Notes: generated from the sequence alone by a model not told the origin. A stretch of 32,000 nt of DNA from Promethearchaeum syntrophicum (GCF_008000775.2 NZ_CP042905.2:2040001-2072000); one strand, 5' to 3'; shown: positions 18,687-27,433, counted from the first letter of the stretch. Program-made: numbers and translations.

Positions 18687-18836
18687 GATTTGGGTTACTT
18701 TTTGCAAAGTAATCGGGAATTCCCCATGTTTACGAAACTCCGTCATTTTTCCAAATATTCAATTCTTGGCTTACCCAATAAGCCTTAATTTTTTAAACAT
18801 ACCTATTTTTTCCATCTCTACGCTCGAATTCAGAAC
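18687..18836. repeat. 150-bp direct repeat, right copy
   Basis: Matches 16780-16931. Includes the C-terminal codons of ORF 18771..18974 and a hairpin ttacttt-ttgc-aaagtaa. Confidence 0.95.
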
Positions 18837-18974
18837 TAAATCATCCATTTCCTTATCTATGTATACCGGACAAGGAGTATCTTTTATCTCTATTTTTCTG
18901 AATTCACATTTCCCGTGAACTAAATCTTTTCCCGTAAAAGGATTTTCTTCAATTTTTAACTGAACATCGTACAC
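18771..18974 (-). CDS. Small uncharacterised protein (67 aa) or remnant of a longer decayed gene
   Basis: GTG-initiated, intergenic; its last ~20 codons lie inside the 150-bp direct repeat. The same frame upstream is broken by stops. Confidence 0.35.
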   Translation of the reverse strand: MYDVQLKIEENPFTGKDLVHGKCEFRKIEIKDTPCPVYIDKEMDDLVLNSSVEMEKIGMFKKLRLIG

Positions 18975-19380
18975 AATTCCTCATCATCCATGAGTTTTTG
19001 AATAAAATATTAAAAAAACCGGAGATTTTAATTCACTAGCGCGACGAGAGATGAATCCCAATGCATCTGCGGCTATTTTCATTGTAATTCACCTATAATT
19101 TCCTTTAGTATAAGTAATTTTAATTTTTATCCTTTTTAATCCGTTCTTTGTTTTTTCTAAGTTTTCTAAATTGACTTTTTTCATTCCTTTTTTTGGTCCA
19201 ATTTTGTAGAATAAATATGGGTGCTAGCATTTGTATAGACACTTATCAAGGTTTAGCATAAAGCTTTTAGATTCTCCATACTTTATTTTAGGTAATATAA
19301 CGTTTTCATTAACGCCAGTAAATGAGTCATTTCGGCTTCTATTATTCAAATCGTTGGAATAACACCCCAAAATTCCCATT
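18975..19380 (-). pseudogene. Possible decayed minus-strand reading frame
   Basis: One frame reads MGILGCYSNDLNNRSRNDSFTGVNENVILPKIKYGESKSFMLNLDKCLYKC-TAG-HPYLFYKIGPKKGMKKVNLENLEKTKNGLKRIKIKITYTKGNYR-TGA-ITMKIAADALGFISRRASELKSPVFLIFYSKTHG-TGA-TGA-, then enters the 67-aa ORF. Confidence 0.25.
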
Positions 19381-19564
19381 TTTGAATAAGAATGAATATA
19401 AAAATAACCGAAATGATTAACAATTAATAGAATATTTACGAGTAATTAATGAAAAATTCTTAAGAATATAAGAAAAAATATAATATAATACTAATAAAAG
19501 TTATAAAAATTGTATATAAAAAAATTACAGATATGCAAATATAATAACAAATACGTGAAAAATC

Positions 19565-20383
19565 ATGATAGAATGGAATAAAGTCACAGAAAAGCCCGAT
19601 AAAATGTATAAAATACTGGGTCAAAATTTATTGGATCAACGCAACAAAATAAACGATTTGGAAAGCAATCTACAAACCACATCATCCGAACTTAATGCTG
19701 CACGAACCCGACAAGATCAAGCAAACTCAAAGATCGCAGGATATGAAAAAGACATTGAAGCTCTTGAAGAAAAACTAGTCCAATTCGAAGCCCTGACGAA
19801 AGAACATGCTACATTACAGCAACAATATGCACAGACTTCTGAAGAACTCTCTCAAGTTAAAGGCCAAATTGCTCAAATAACTCAAACTGTTGAAGATACT
19901 ACAGGTAAAATCACAGAACTAAGTAATACTAACATTGATCTTACAAAAAAACTCGAATTCAGTAATGCCCAAGCGGGTGAATTCAATACTAAAATGCTTG
20001 AAGCGCAAAAACAAGTTGAAGAACTAAGTAAACAAAATAGTGGATTAAAAGAACTTAATACTCAATATACTGCTCAAATTGCTGAACTCGAACAATCTGC
20101 ATCCAAAGTTAATGAACTCGAACAAAAAATTACTCAACAAGAAACTGTTCTCAAAGAAAAAACCTTGGCTGCCGATGAATTTGAAGCGAAACTCAAAGAG
20201 CTCGAACCGCCTGTGCCTGATGTATCGTCCTACGAACTTGATTCTCGAGTTACCTGCCCGATGTGTAATGGTACGGAGATTAAAGACATTGAAGATAAAT
20301 CAAAGGTGCTCTCCTATGTCGGGCACATGCCAATGTATGCACGCAAACATCAGTGTAAAAAATGCGGTTATGAATGGCAATAA
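19565..20383 (+). CDS. Long coiled-coil protein with C-terminal zinc ribbon
   Basis: 272 aa; heptad-rich Glu/Gln/Leu region (KDIEALEEKLVQFEALTKEHATLQQQ...) then CPMCNGTEIKDIEDKSKVLSYVGHMPMYARKHQCKKCGYEW. Confidence 0.85.
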   Translation: MIEWNKVTEKPDKMYKILGQNLLDQRNKINDLESNLQTTSSELNAARTRQDQANSKIAGYEKDIEALEEKLVQFEALTKEHATLQQQYAQTSEELSQVKGQIAQITQTVEDTTGKITELSNTNIDLTKKLEFSNAQAGEFNTKMLEAQKQVEELSKQNSGLKELNTQYTAQIAELEQSASKVNELEQKITQQETVLKEKTLAADEFEAKLKELEPPVPDVSSYELDSRVTCPMCNGTEIKDIEDKSKVLSYVGHMPMYARKHQCKKCGYEWQ

Positions 20384-20614
20384 TAATTGAAAAAGAACCT
20401 ATATTGCCGAACTTACAATAACATTTGCTGAAGAATTCTTACTTTTTTTTCTTAAATTTTTTTTAATGTAGGTCATATGCCGATATATACAAGTGCAATA
20501 AGAGTGAGATTAATTTTCCTGCCCAATGTGTAATGGCACAGAAATTTGATTTTTTTCTCAATATCATTCCAATAAACCAAAAATTTTTTTTCTCATAAAG
20601 CAGTAGGATTCAAT

Positions 20615-21394
20615 GTGGATAAAAAACTTAGCGATGATTATCGACCAATAATATCATATAACATGAACAAGAAAGGCGCTCAAGTAATCATTATTTTGGA
20701 GTTTTGTATAACTATAATCGCCATGCGCTACATTAACGGACCTTATTATCTTTTCATGTTTAATAATCCATGGATGTATTTTTTTTTACCGATTTCTATT
20801 TACGGGCTTATTTGGCAATTTAATGGTCTAACTTTAGTGCTTTCGTGGATAATTTATCAAATTTTTAAGTTGATTGAACCACCGAAGGAAGGTGAATTTC
20901 CGATTGATAGTCGTGAATATCGGTTCTATTGTTATAGATTTTGGATAATTTACTACATGACGTATGTTGCCCGTGCTATGCCTCTGCCTTGGGTAGATTA
21001 TTTAGCCTATCGTATCTTTAGTTTAAAGACAGGAGGGAATAATGTTCTATACGATAGTTGGATAGATCCCGAATTTTTGGAAATAGGGGAAAATTGCATG
21101 ATTTCACTTAACACACAACTGTTCTCCCATTGTATTTATCGGGATAAATTCGTGGTTAAGAGGATTGTTATTGAGGATAGCGGCATAGCAGGAGCGGGTG
21201 CAATTGTTGCACCAGGTACTGTTATTGGACAAGGGGCAGTGTTAGGGGCTTCAAGTAGTACAAAGATGGATCAAAATTTGAAGCAATTTTGCATACATGT
21301 GGGAACACCCGTTAAATTAGCCTTACCTATAAAAGTTATTGATGAAAGAGAAGAGACTCAATCAGAAAAACAAGAAGGAGACGAGAGTTCATGA
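20615..21394 (+). CDS. Membrane-anchored left-handed beta-helix (hexapeptide-repeat) acyltransferase-like protein
   Basis: 259 aa; two N-terminal TM segments; hexapeptide-like GIAGAGAIVAPGTVIGQGAVLGASS. Confidence 0.75.
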   Translation: MDKKLSDDYRPIISYNMNKKGAQVIIILEFCITIIAMRYINGPYYLFMFNNPWMYFFLPISIYGLIWQFNGLTLVLSWIIYQIFKLIEPPKEGEFPIDSREYRFYCYRFWIIYYMTYVARAMPLPWVDYLAYRIFSLKTGGNNVLYDSWIDPEFLEIGENCMISLNTQLFSHCIYRDKFVVKRIVIEDSGIAGAGAIVAPGTVIGQGAVLGASSSTKMDQNLKQFCIHVGTPVKLALPIKVIDEREETQSEKQEGDESS

Positions 21395-22239
21395 GCAGTC
21401 CAACATCAGTTAAATTAGCACCTCCCGCTTATATTGATCCACGAATTAGGCGTAAATATATCATACCCTATATAATTCAGATTTGGCTTTCCTGCTTACC
21501 CGCTGCATTTTTATTATACTGGTTTTATTATGCGGAGCTTGAAGTATTTATACAAAATATATTTTCTTCACATACCATCCTTGCAGATTCATTTTCATTT
21601 AGAGGAATGTTATTAAGTTGGGGTTGGGATATGCCTGGTTGGGTTTTTTCGATTTTAATTCCTATTAATTTCTTATTAATTTACTTAATAACTGTAATAT
21701 GGAGCGCAACAGTAACAAAAATTTACATAGGGCTTTTAAATTTAAGACACAAGCCGATCGAAGGTGTTTTCCTCCGAAGTGAGAAGGATAAAGATTATGT
21801 ATATTGGAATCGGCGTAATTTGAGTCGAATTTTTCTAAATTGGATATTATTTTCAGTTCCTTTTACCTTTTTAAAGAAAGCATTTGCTTACCAATTTTTT
21901 GGAGTTCCAATCGGGAAAAATGTTGCGATGAATCATTGTTGGGTGAGTCCAGAATTCATTGAAATCGGTAATAACGTTAAAATTGGTCAAGCTGCAGGAG
22001 TTTATTCATTTCAATTTGAAGGAGATAAATTACTTGTTGCAAAAGTGATAATCAAGGATGATGTATTAATCGGACCTCAAGCTGTAATATATCCAGGAAC
22101 TCTAGTTAATGAAGGGGTGACTCTTGATGGAGGGTGTTTTTCGGATCCTTTTACCGAGTACAAGGCAAATAGCGTATATCACGGAACACCTGCGAAATTA
22201 ATCGATTCTGCAGAATCTAAGGATTCTAACTCAACCTAA
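21391..22239 (+). CDS. Second membrane-anchored left-handed beta-helix protein
   Basis: 282 aa; ATGA overlap with upstream gene; TM segments; IEIGNNVKIGQAAGVYSF...VIIKDDVLIGPQAVIYPGTLVNEGVTLDGG. Confidence 0.75.
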   Translation: MSSPTSVKLAPPAYIDPRIRRKYIIPYIIQIWLSCLPAAFLLYWFYYAELEVFIQNIFSSHTILADSFSFRGMLLSWGWDMPGWVFSILIPINFLLIYLITVIWSATVTKIYIGLLNLRHKPIEGVFLRSEKDKDYVYWNRRNLSRIFLNWILFSVPFTFLKKAFAYQFFGVPIGKNVAMNHCWVSPEFIEIGNNVKIGQAAGVYSFQFEGDKLLVAKVIIKDDVLIGPQAVIYPGTLVNEGVTLDGGCFSDPFTEYKANSVYHGTPAKLIDSAESKDSNST

Positions 22240-22379
22240 TACTCAGAAACTTAATTCCCGTAATTTTGCTTTGATAAATTTTGGAAAAAAAAATTTCCTA
22301 TTTCATCATTTTTACTAAGTTTTTATCTTAATATTGTAGAGTCGAAGAGCTTTTAATATATGATTCGCTATTTAACGCA

Positions 22380-23174
22380 ATGTTGGAAAAACTGCGAGAA
22401 AAATGGAATGAAGTTGATAAACCAAAGAAAGAGAAGATATTTGAACCAAGGAATAATTTGCAAGTAATTATCTTTTTTTTGGTAAGTTTTGGCTTGGGAT
22501 GGTTATTATTATTCGGTTTAGTCAAGTGGGAAAGTGTTTTACCACGCGATTATGAGGGATTTTATACATTTATTGCGTGGTCGCAATCATATTTTATTTA
22601 TATGTTTCTTATGGTTGTGCCCTTATTGATTGCAAACCAGATTTACAATCTTAAGAAAAAACATAACCCAGCAAATGGATTTGCTTCAATTACTGGATTT
22701 ATGCTATCAGGTCTCACTTACATGTTTGTTGATCCGTGGTTTGGAGGATATATGGCTTTTGCTGTTTCCTTAGCGGTATTGGGCAATTTCATGAGTCAAG
22801 GTGATTTTACATTAAAGAAGGGTCATTTATTCTTTTATTTCATAGTCGGTATTTATGCTGTAGCAATTAATACGATTTATATGAATTGGAGTCTGGATGT
22901 ATGGGTTTTTCTGCAATTTATTCATTTGCATTTATTTACAACCTTAATTGCTGCAATGAAAATTCGACAGTGGAGTTATATGTATATGATAGGATGGGCT
23001 TTTGGGGCTATAGTCATAATATTCCTTGGAGCTGTTGGGGTTTTAAGTGAAACTATATTGCTTTTAGGTTTATATAGTCTGGTAGTTCCACCACTGTTAG
23101 CCCTAACTATTTTAACTTATTTCTTTAAAATTCAAAGAAAAGTAAAAGCAAAATATATTGGTATGGATAAATAG
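22380..23174 (+). CDS. Polytopic membrane protein of unknown function
   Basis: 264 aa, multiple hydrophobic segments, co-oriented with the LbH genes. Confidence 0.65.
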   Translation: MLEKLREKWNEVDKPKKEKIFEPRNNLQVIIFFLVSFGLGWLLLFGLVKWESVLPRDYEGFYTFIAWSQSYFIYMFLMVVPLLIANQIYNLKKKHNPANGFASITGFMLSGLTYMFVDPWFGGYMAFAVSLAVLGNFMSQGDFTLKKGHLFFYFIVGIYAVAINTIYMNWSLDVWVFLQFIHLHLFTTLIAAMKIRQWSYMYMIGWAFGAIVIIFLGAVGVLSETILLLGLYSLVVPPLLALTILTYFFKIQRKVKAKYIGMDK

Positions 23175-23220
23175 GATGATTTTTTATTTTCAAAAATTAT
23201 TATATCAATAGTGAATTATC

Positions 23221-23451
23221 ATGAAATTTGATCGTATTGAAATTAATCCAAAAATCCTTGGAGGAAAACCTGTTTTCAAAAATACTCGTATTCCATTATA
23301 TATTATTTTGCAAATGATACGAGACAACATTTCATTTGATCAAATAATTTTGGAATATCCACGCCTGGTTATTGAAGATATAAAAGCGGCTTTAGATTAC
23401 TCAATGTATCTACTCGATCATCCAGATGAAGAAACAATCTCGTTGATTTAA
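23221..23451 (+). CDS. DUF433-family antitoxin-like protein
   Basis: 76 aa; IEINPKILGGKPVFKNTRIPLYIILQMIRDNISFDQIILEYPRLVIEDIKAALDYS. Confidence 0.88.
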   Translation: MKFDRIEINPKILGGKPVFKNTRIPLYIILQMIRDNISFDQIILEYPRLVIEDIKAALDYSMYLLDHPDEETISLI

Positions 23452-23470
23452 TCCAAGGGAGATTTTTTTT

Positions 23471-23836
23471 ATGAAATTAATTGTAGATGAGTGTTTAGCA
23501 AAATCATCAATTTTAGTTCTTGAAAAATTGGGAATTGAAATTCTAACAATTATTGATATTTTAAATTTTGGAAGCGAAGATGAGAAAATTTACGAATACG
23601 CTTCACTCAATCAAATTCCTTTAATAACACATGATCGACGGTTTGGGCAGATTTATTTTGAATCCTATCTTGCACCACCTTTAACTATTGTTTTGCAAAT
23701 AGTTTTTCCTTATCCAAAAGGCACAAATGAGTTGATTAAGAAATTTTTTTTAAGAATAGGAAATTCTTTCGATTTGTTTAAAGGAAAATTAGTAATTATA
23801 TCTAATAAAAAAATCCGTATTAGATCTAAAAATTAA
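23471..23836 (+). CDS. DUF5615 / PIN-like putative toxin
   Basis: 121 aa; MKLIVDECLAKSSILVLEKLGIEILTI...DEKIYEYASLNQIPLITHDRRFG; 20 nt after the DUF433 gene. Confidence 0.83.
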   Translation: MKLIVDECLAKSSILVLEKLGIEILTIIDILNFGSEDEKIYEYASLNQIPLITHDRRFGQIYFESYLAPPLTIVLQIVFPYPKGTNELIKKFFLRIGNSFDLFKGKLVIISNKKIRIRSKN

Positions 23837-23868
23837 TTACTTTCTATTTAATACTTAAGGCTGAAAAG

Positions 23869-25014
23869 ATGAAGAAACTCCCAAAAATATATTTAACTTC
23901 TCCTGTATTTCGCGAAATAGCCAATCATGAAAAGGTTTCGCATAAAAAAAAAGTACAAATAGAACGATTATGGCTTGAATTAAACGAAATCGCTGAAATA
24001 TATGTTGATAGTAGTAGATTTTCTTCGGAACAAAGAATATATGATGTAGTAAAGCAAAATAACATCGATTTTATTGGGTGTCATATCAGTCATCCCATCA
24101 CGAAATCGATTTTGGAGATTCCTTCTTTGAAGGCTGTGTGCACGTCGAGTATGGGATTCAACCATATTTTTCCCCATCCTGAAATTCTAATTACCCATAC
24201 TCCCTCGATTATGGATAAAACTGTTGCAGAATTAACAATCGGTATAATTATTGCAAATTTAAGAAATATTGTTGGATTACATAATTATTTATGGGGGGGA
24301 AAATGGGATCCCGATCTAAAATGGGATCTGGATGAGAATCTTAACAAATCTTTCGATAATTTGACATTGGGAATCGTAGGGTTAGGGGAAATTGGTCGTG
24401 AAGTTGTACGGCGATTAGATCCATGGGGGATAAAAATAATCTATTATGATATTGATCGAAATCAAGAATTTGAAGAGAAATTTCCAAAATTAACTTTTAA
24501 TGAAAAAATGGAAGATATTTTTAAAATAGCAGATATAATATCTCTACACATTCCATTAAATGATGCAACCTGCGGTATCGTAAATGAACCCTTGCTAAAG
24601 AAGATGAAAAAAAATGCACTTCTAGTTAATACAGCAAGGGGGGCGGTAATAAATTTCCTCGATCTAATAAAATTGTTAAAGTCAAAAGATATTTCAATCA
24701 ATTTAGCTTTTGACGTATTTGAACCCGAACCAATAACATCAGAGATTTTGAATGAATTTAAAACAATTGCAGCAGATAGACCAGAATTACGTTTTGTTTT
24801 CATCCCGCATAGTGGAAGTTCCGATGCGGACACCCGTGCTAAAATGGCTATAGTTCTATTCAAAAATTTGATTAAATTATGTAATTCTGTGAAACCTGAT
24901 GTTCTTAAAGACTTACAATTAATTCCGTCTCAGAAAATGTGTAAAGATCTAAATGAATCTAATTTAGAGAAGCTAAAAGTCTATAGAATTTGGAAATGGT
25001 GGAAATCTCGTTGA
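23869..25014 (+). CDS. D-isomer-specific 2-hydroxyacid dehydrogenase family protein
   Basis: 381 aa; NAD-binding LGIVGLGEIGREVVRRLDPWG; HIPLNDATCGIVNEPLLKKMKKNALLVNTARG; AFDVFEPEP; FIPHSG. Confidence 0.9.
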   Translation: MKKLPKIYLTSPVFREIANHEKVSHKKKVQIERLWLELNEIAEIYVDSSRFSSEQRIYDVVKQNNIDFIGCHISHPITKSILEIPSLKAVCTSSMGFNHIFPHPEILITHTPSIMDKTVAELTIGIIIANLRNIVGLHNYLWGGKWDPDLKWDLDENLNKSFDNLTLGIVGLGEIGREVVRRLDPWGIKIIYYDIDRNQEFEEKFPKLTFNEKMEDIFKIADIISLHIPLNDATCGIVNEPLLKKMKKNALLVNTARGAVINFLDLIKLLKSKDISINLAFDVFEPEPITSEILNEFKTIAADRPELRFVFIPHSGSSDADTRAKMAIVLFKNLIKLCNSVKPDVLKDLQLIPSQKMCKDLNESNLEKLKVYRIWKWWKSR

Positions 25015-25713
25015 CTATCCTTCTTCTTTTTTATCAGAACCACCGCCTAAAATAGCTATTGCTACAAAAATAAATGCTAGAGATAAGAAGATATGAATTG
25101 TGGCTACTACCGTATTATTATTCATTATATTCCCAACGACTGATGCTGTTGGAGCAAAGAGTCCAATCAATTGTGCTATCCATAGTGTCCGGATTTTCCT
25201 TTTAACTCCTTTTTGACTAGGATTGATTTTTTTTAAAACTTTTGAAATCCTAACAAGAGAGTAGATTAATAGTGTATATTGCCATATTCCCATAGAAATG
25301 AGCGCAATATAATTTTTATCTGTTATTACTGGATCTAAAGAAATTACATTTATAGTCATTGCTGTAGAAAGGATTGCAATTAATGTAGATCCAATAAAAA
25401 TTATTTTTTGAGTTTTAAATTTTAACCACGTAGTGCTATAAATGAATATTTGCATTGAAATTACAAAAAATGCTGTTCCAAAACTAAGTAACACTAACGA
25501 AGAGTGCGCTAAAATTTTAACGACAAGTTCTGTAATGCCTAACTCATAAACCATCATCACGAGGGAATAAGTCCCATATATGAAGAAACTCACCGCAAAA
25601 TATTGGTTTCCCTTATATGAAGAATCTCTTTTCAAAATTATAATTGCAATTGTATACGCTGTTAGAAATCCAATAATTTCTCCTATTACTGCTAGTTCAT
25701 TGACCATATTCAA
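25015..25713 (-). CDS. Seven-TM-like membrane protein
   Basis: 232 aa; about seven hydrophobic segments; size and layout match 16043..16747. Confidence 0.65.
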   Translation of the reverse strand: MNMVNELAVIGEIIGFLTAYTIAIIILKRDSSYKGNQYFAVSFFIYGTYSLVMMVYELGITELVVKILAHSSLVLLSFGTAFFVISMQIFIYSTTWLKFKTQKIIFIGSTLIAILSTAMTINVISLDPVITDKNYIALISMGIWQYTLLIYSLVRISKVLKKINPSQKGVKRKIRTLWIAQLIGLFAPTASVVGNIMNNNTVVATIHIFLSLAFIFVAIAILGGGSDKKEEG

Positions 25714-25835
25714 TATTATTGTATAAATTAGTATAAAAATGTTTACCTAAGAGAAATCAACAAAGAATACCTATCATAGAGATTTAGGATAATCCAAATT
25801 GAAGTTTATTTTTTAATTTTCTATACAATTAAATA

Positions 25836-26459
25836 ATGCGAATTCAAACTATGAATCATATGTCAAAAATTCGATCCTTCTTTGCGATAGAATTGAAGAG
25901 TAAACTTATTCTGGATAAAATTGAGAGATATCAAAGAAAATTACAAAAATCAATCGGACCTTTGAAATTAGTCAATAGATCTCTTATTCATTTAACACTT
26001 CGGTTTTTAGGTGATATAGATAACGAAACCGCCAAAAAATTGTATAATTTCATGGAGACTGAAATAAATAATAAATATTTTAATCCAGAAGATGAAAAAA
26101 TAGGGATTTTAAAAGGTGTGGGGGATTTTAATAAACGTGTTTTTTTTATCAGAATTCTTGGAGTAAAAGAATTATTACAAGAGATTTATGAGAAAATTAA
26201 TAAAAAAACACAATCTTTTCCAGAAATCAAACTCGAAACAAAACCTTACACACCTCATTTAACAATAGCAAGGAGTAAAAGGCAATCTCACCATCGATCT
26301 CGACAAAATCAGAAATCTAATCCTGGACAATTACCATATCCTCAATTAAAATCTCAATATAAAGAATTTGAATTTGGAAAATGGAACATTGAAAAAGTAG
26401 TTTTAAAAAAATCTGTTCTTACTCCGACAGGACCGATCTATTCGAATTTGGAATATTGA
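25836..26459 (+). CDS. thpR: RNA 2',3'-cyclic phosphodiesterase (2H/LigT family)
   Basis: 207 aa; 2H motifs HLTLRFLG and HLTIARSK; N-terminus IRSFFAIEL. The ATG at 25860 (MSKIRSFFAIEL) may be the real start. Confidence 0.88.
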   Translation: MRIQTMNHMSKIRSFFAIELKSKLILDKIERYQRKLQKSIGPLKLVNRSLIHLTLRFLGDIDNETAKKLYNFMETEINNKYFNPEDEKIGILKGVGDFNKRVFFIRILGVKELLQEIYEKINKKTQSFPEIKLETKPYTPHLTIARSKRQSHHRSRQNQKSNPGQLPYPQLKSQYKEFEFGKWNIEKVVLKKSVLTPTGPIYSNLEY

Positions 26460-26461
26460 TT

Positions 26462-27433
26462 TCAACCGTTCAGTTGTTTAGTCTTCTCTTCATCATCCAC
26501 TAAAATTCCTCTTAGAATTTCGTAAATCTCGTTGTATGATTGCTCAAAGAAATTGAATTGGTCAATTACAACGGCTTCATCGTGTTCCTCGAGTATTAGC
26601 AAAACGAAGAATAACAATCCTTCGATATCAAAAGATTGGATTACTCCCGATACTTTTGTTGCCCAATCAAGTCTATCAGAAAATTCGTAAGAATTCATAT
26701 TACCATCCAAAATTCGTCTCTGAACTATTTCGTAAAGGGTTAAAATCTTCTTCTTCATGGTTAATGTGAGGTTTTCAAGGAAGTAACTACCAATCTCGAT
26801 TCCATTTTGCTCAAACACTAATAAAGCCATCACATTTTCCATTTTATCGACAATATCGAGTAAAAATTTCTGAACAGCTTCATTTTGGGTATATAACATT
26901 GAAATTCCACGACTAAAAGCTTGAATAATGGTATGGATCTCGAATATATTAGATTTGTAAAAACCCATTTTGAATTTTTCTAACCATGGGCGAATACGGT
27001 GCTTTACTATTCCCATATTCTTTAAAATGGTTGGATCTTCACCAATCTTTGGATCACATTTATGGAGACAAACCACAATTGGAGCATCTATCTTATTTTC
27101 TTCAAAGAATTCCAGAACCTCGTCAAGATATGCAATAGCACTATCAAATCGAAGACTATCTTGAATATCAATAACATATATCAATAAATCAATCCCGCTA
27201 AGATAGCGCATTTTATTTTTTAAATATTCATCCATATAGTGCTTTTGTCCACCAAAATCATGTAAATAAATCAAATGGTCCATAAAAGTCACGCTTGAGC
27301 GTTCTATCTTCTTCGTTGGTTTGAGTCCTTTAACCGCTTCCGGGACATCGAATTTTTTTCTCATTGCAGTAAGAATAGATGTTTTTCCAGCATTGTCAAG
27401 CCCTAGTAGAGCAATTTTTTTATCTGAAACCAT
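26462..27433 (-). CDS. Arf/Rag-like GTPase with C-terminal extension (possible longin/roadblock-like fold)
   Basis: 323 aa; GLDNAGKTSI, LHDFGGQKHYMDEY, HKCDP; ~130-residue C-terminal domain MENVMALLVFEQNGIEIGSYFLENL.... Confidence 0.87.
   Translation of the reverse strand: MVSDKKIALLGLDNAGKTSILTAMRKKFDVPEAVKGLKPTKKIERSSVTFMDHLIYLHDFGGQKHYMDEYLKNKMRYLSGIDLLIYVIDIQDSLRFDSAIAYLDEVLEFFEENKIDAPIVVCLHKCDPKIGEDPTILKNMGIVKHRIRPWLEKFKMGFYKSNIFEIHTIIQAFSRGISMLYTQNEAVQKFLLDIVDKMENVMALLVFEQNGIEIGSYFLENLTLTMKKKILTLYEIVQRRILDGNMNSYEFSDRLDWATKVSGVIQSFDIEGLLFFVLLILEEHDEAVVIDQFNFFEQSYNEIYEILRGILVDDEEKTKQLNG

Noticed and set aside
19200-19260. In-frame TAG in the 18771-19380 minus-strand frame as pyrrolysine
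   Set aside because: Other in-frame TGA stops follow and there is no methylamine methyltransferase or Pyl machinery in view; decay is simpler.
20079-20390. ORF 20079..20390 (+, 103 aa)
   Set aside because: Out-of-frame overlap of the coiled-coil/zinc-ribbon gene; composition follows from its repetitive codons.
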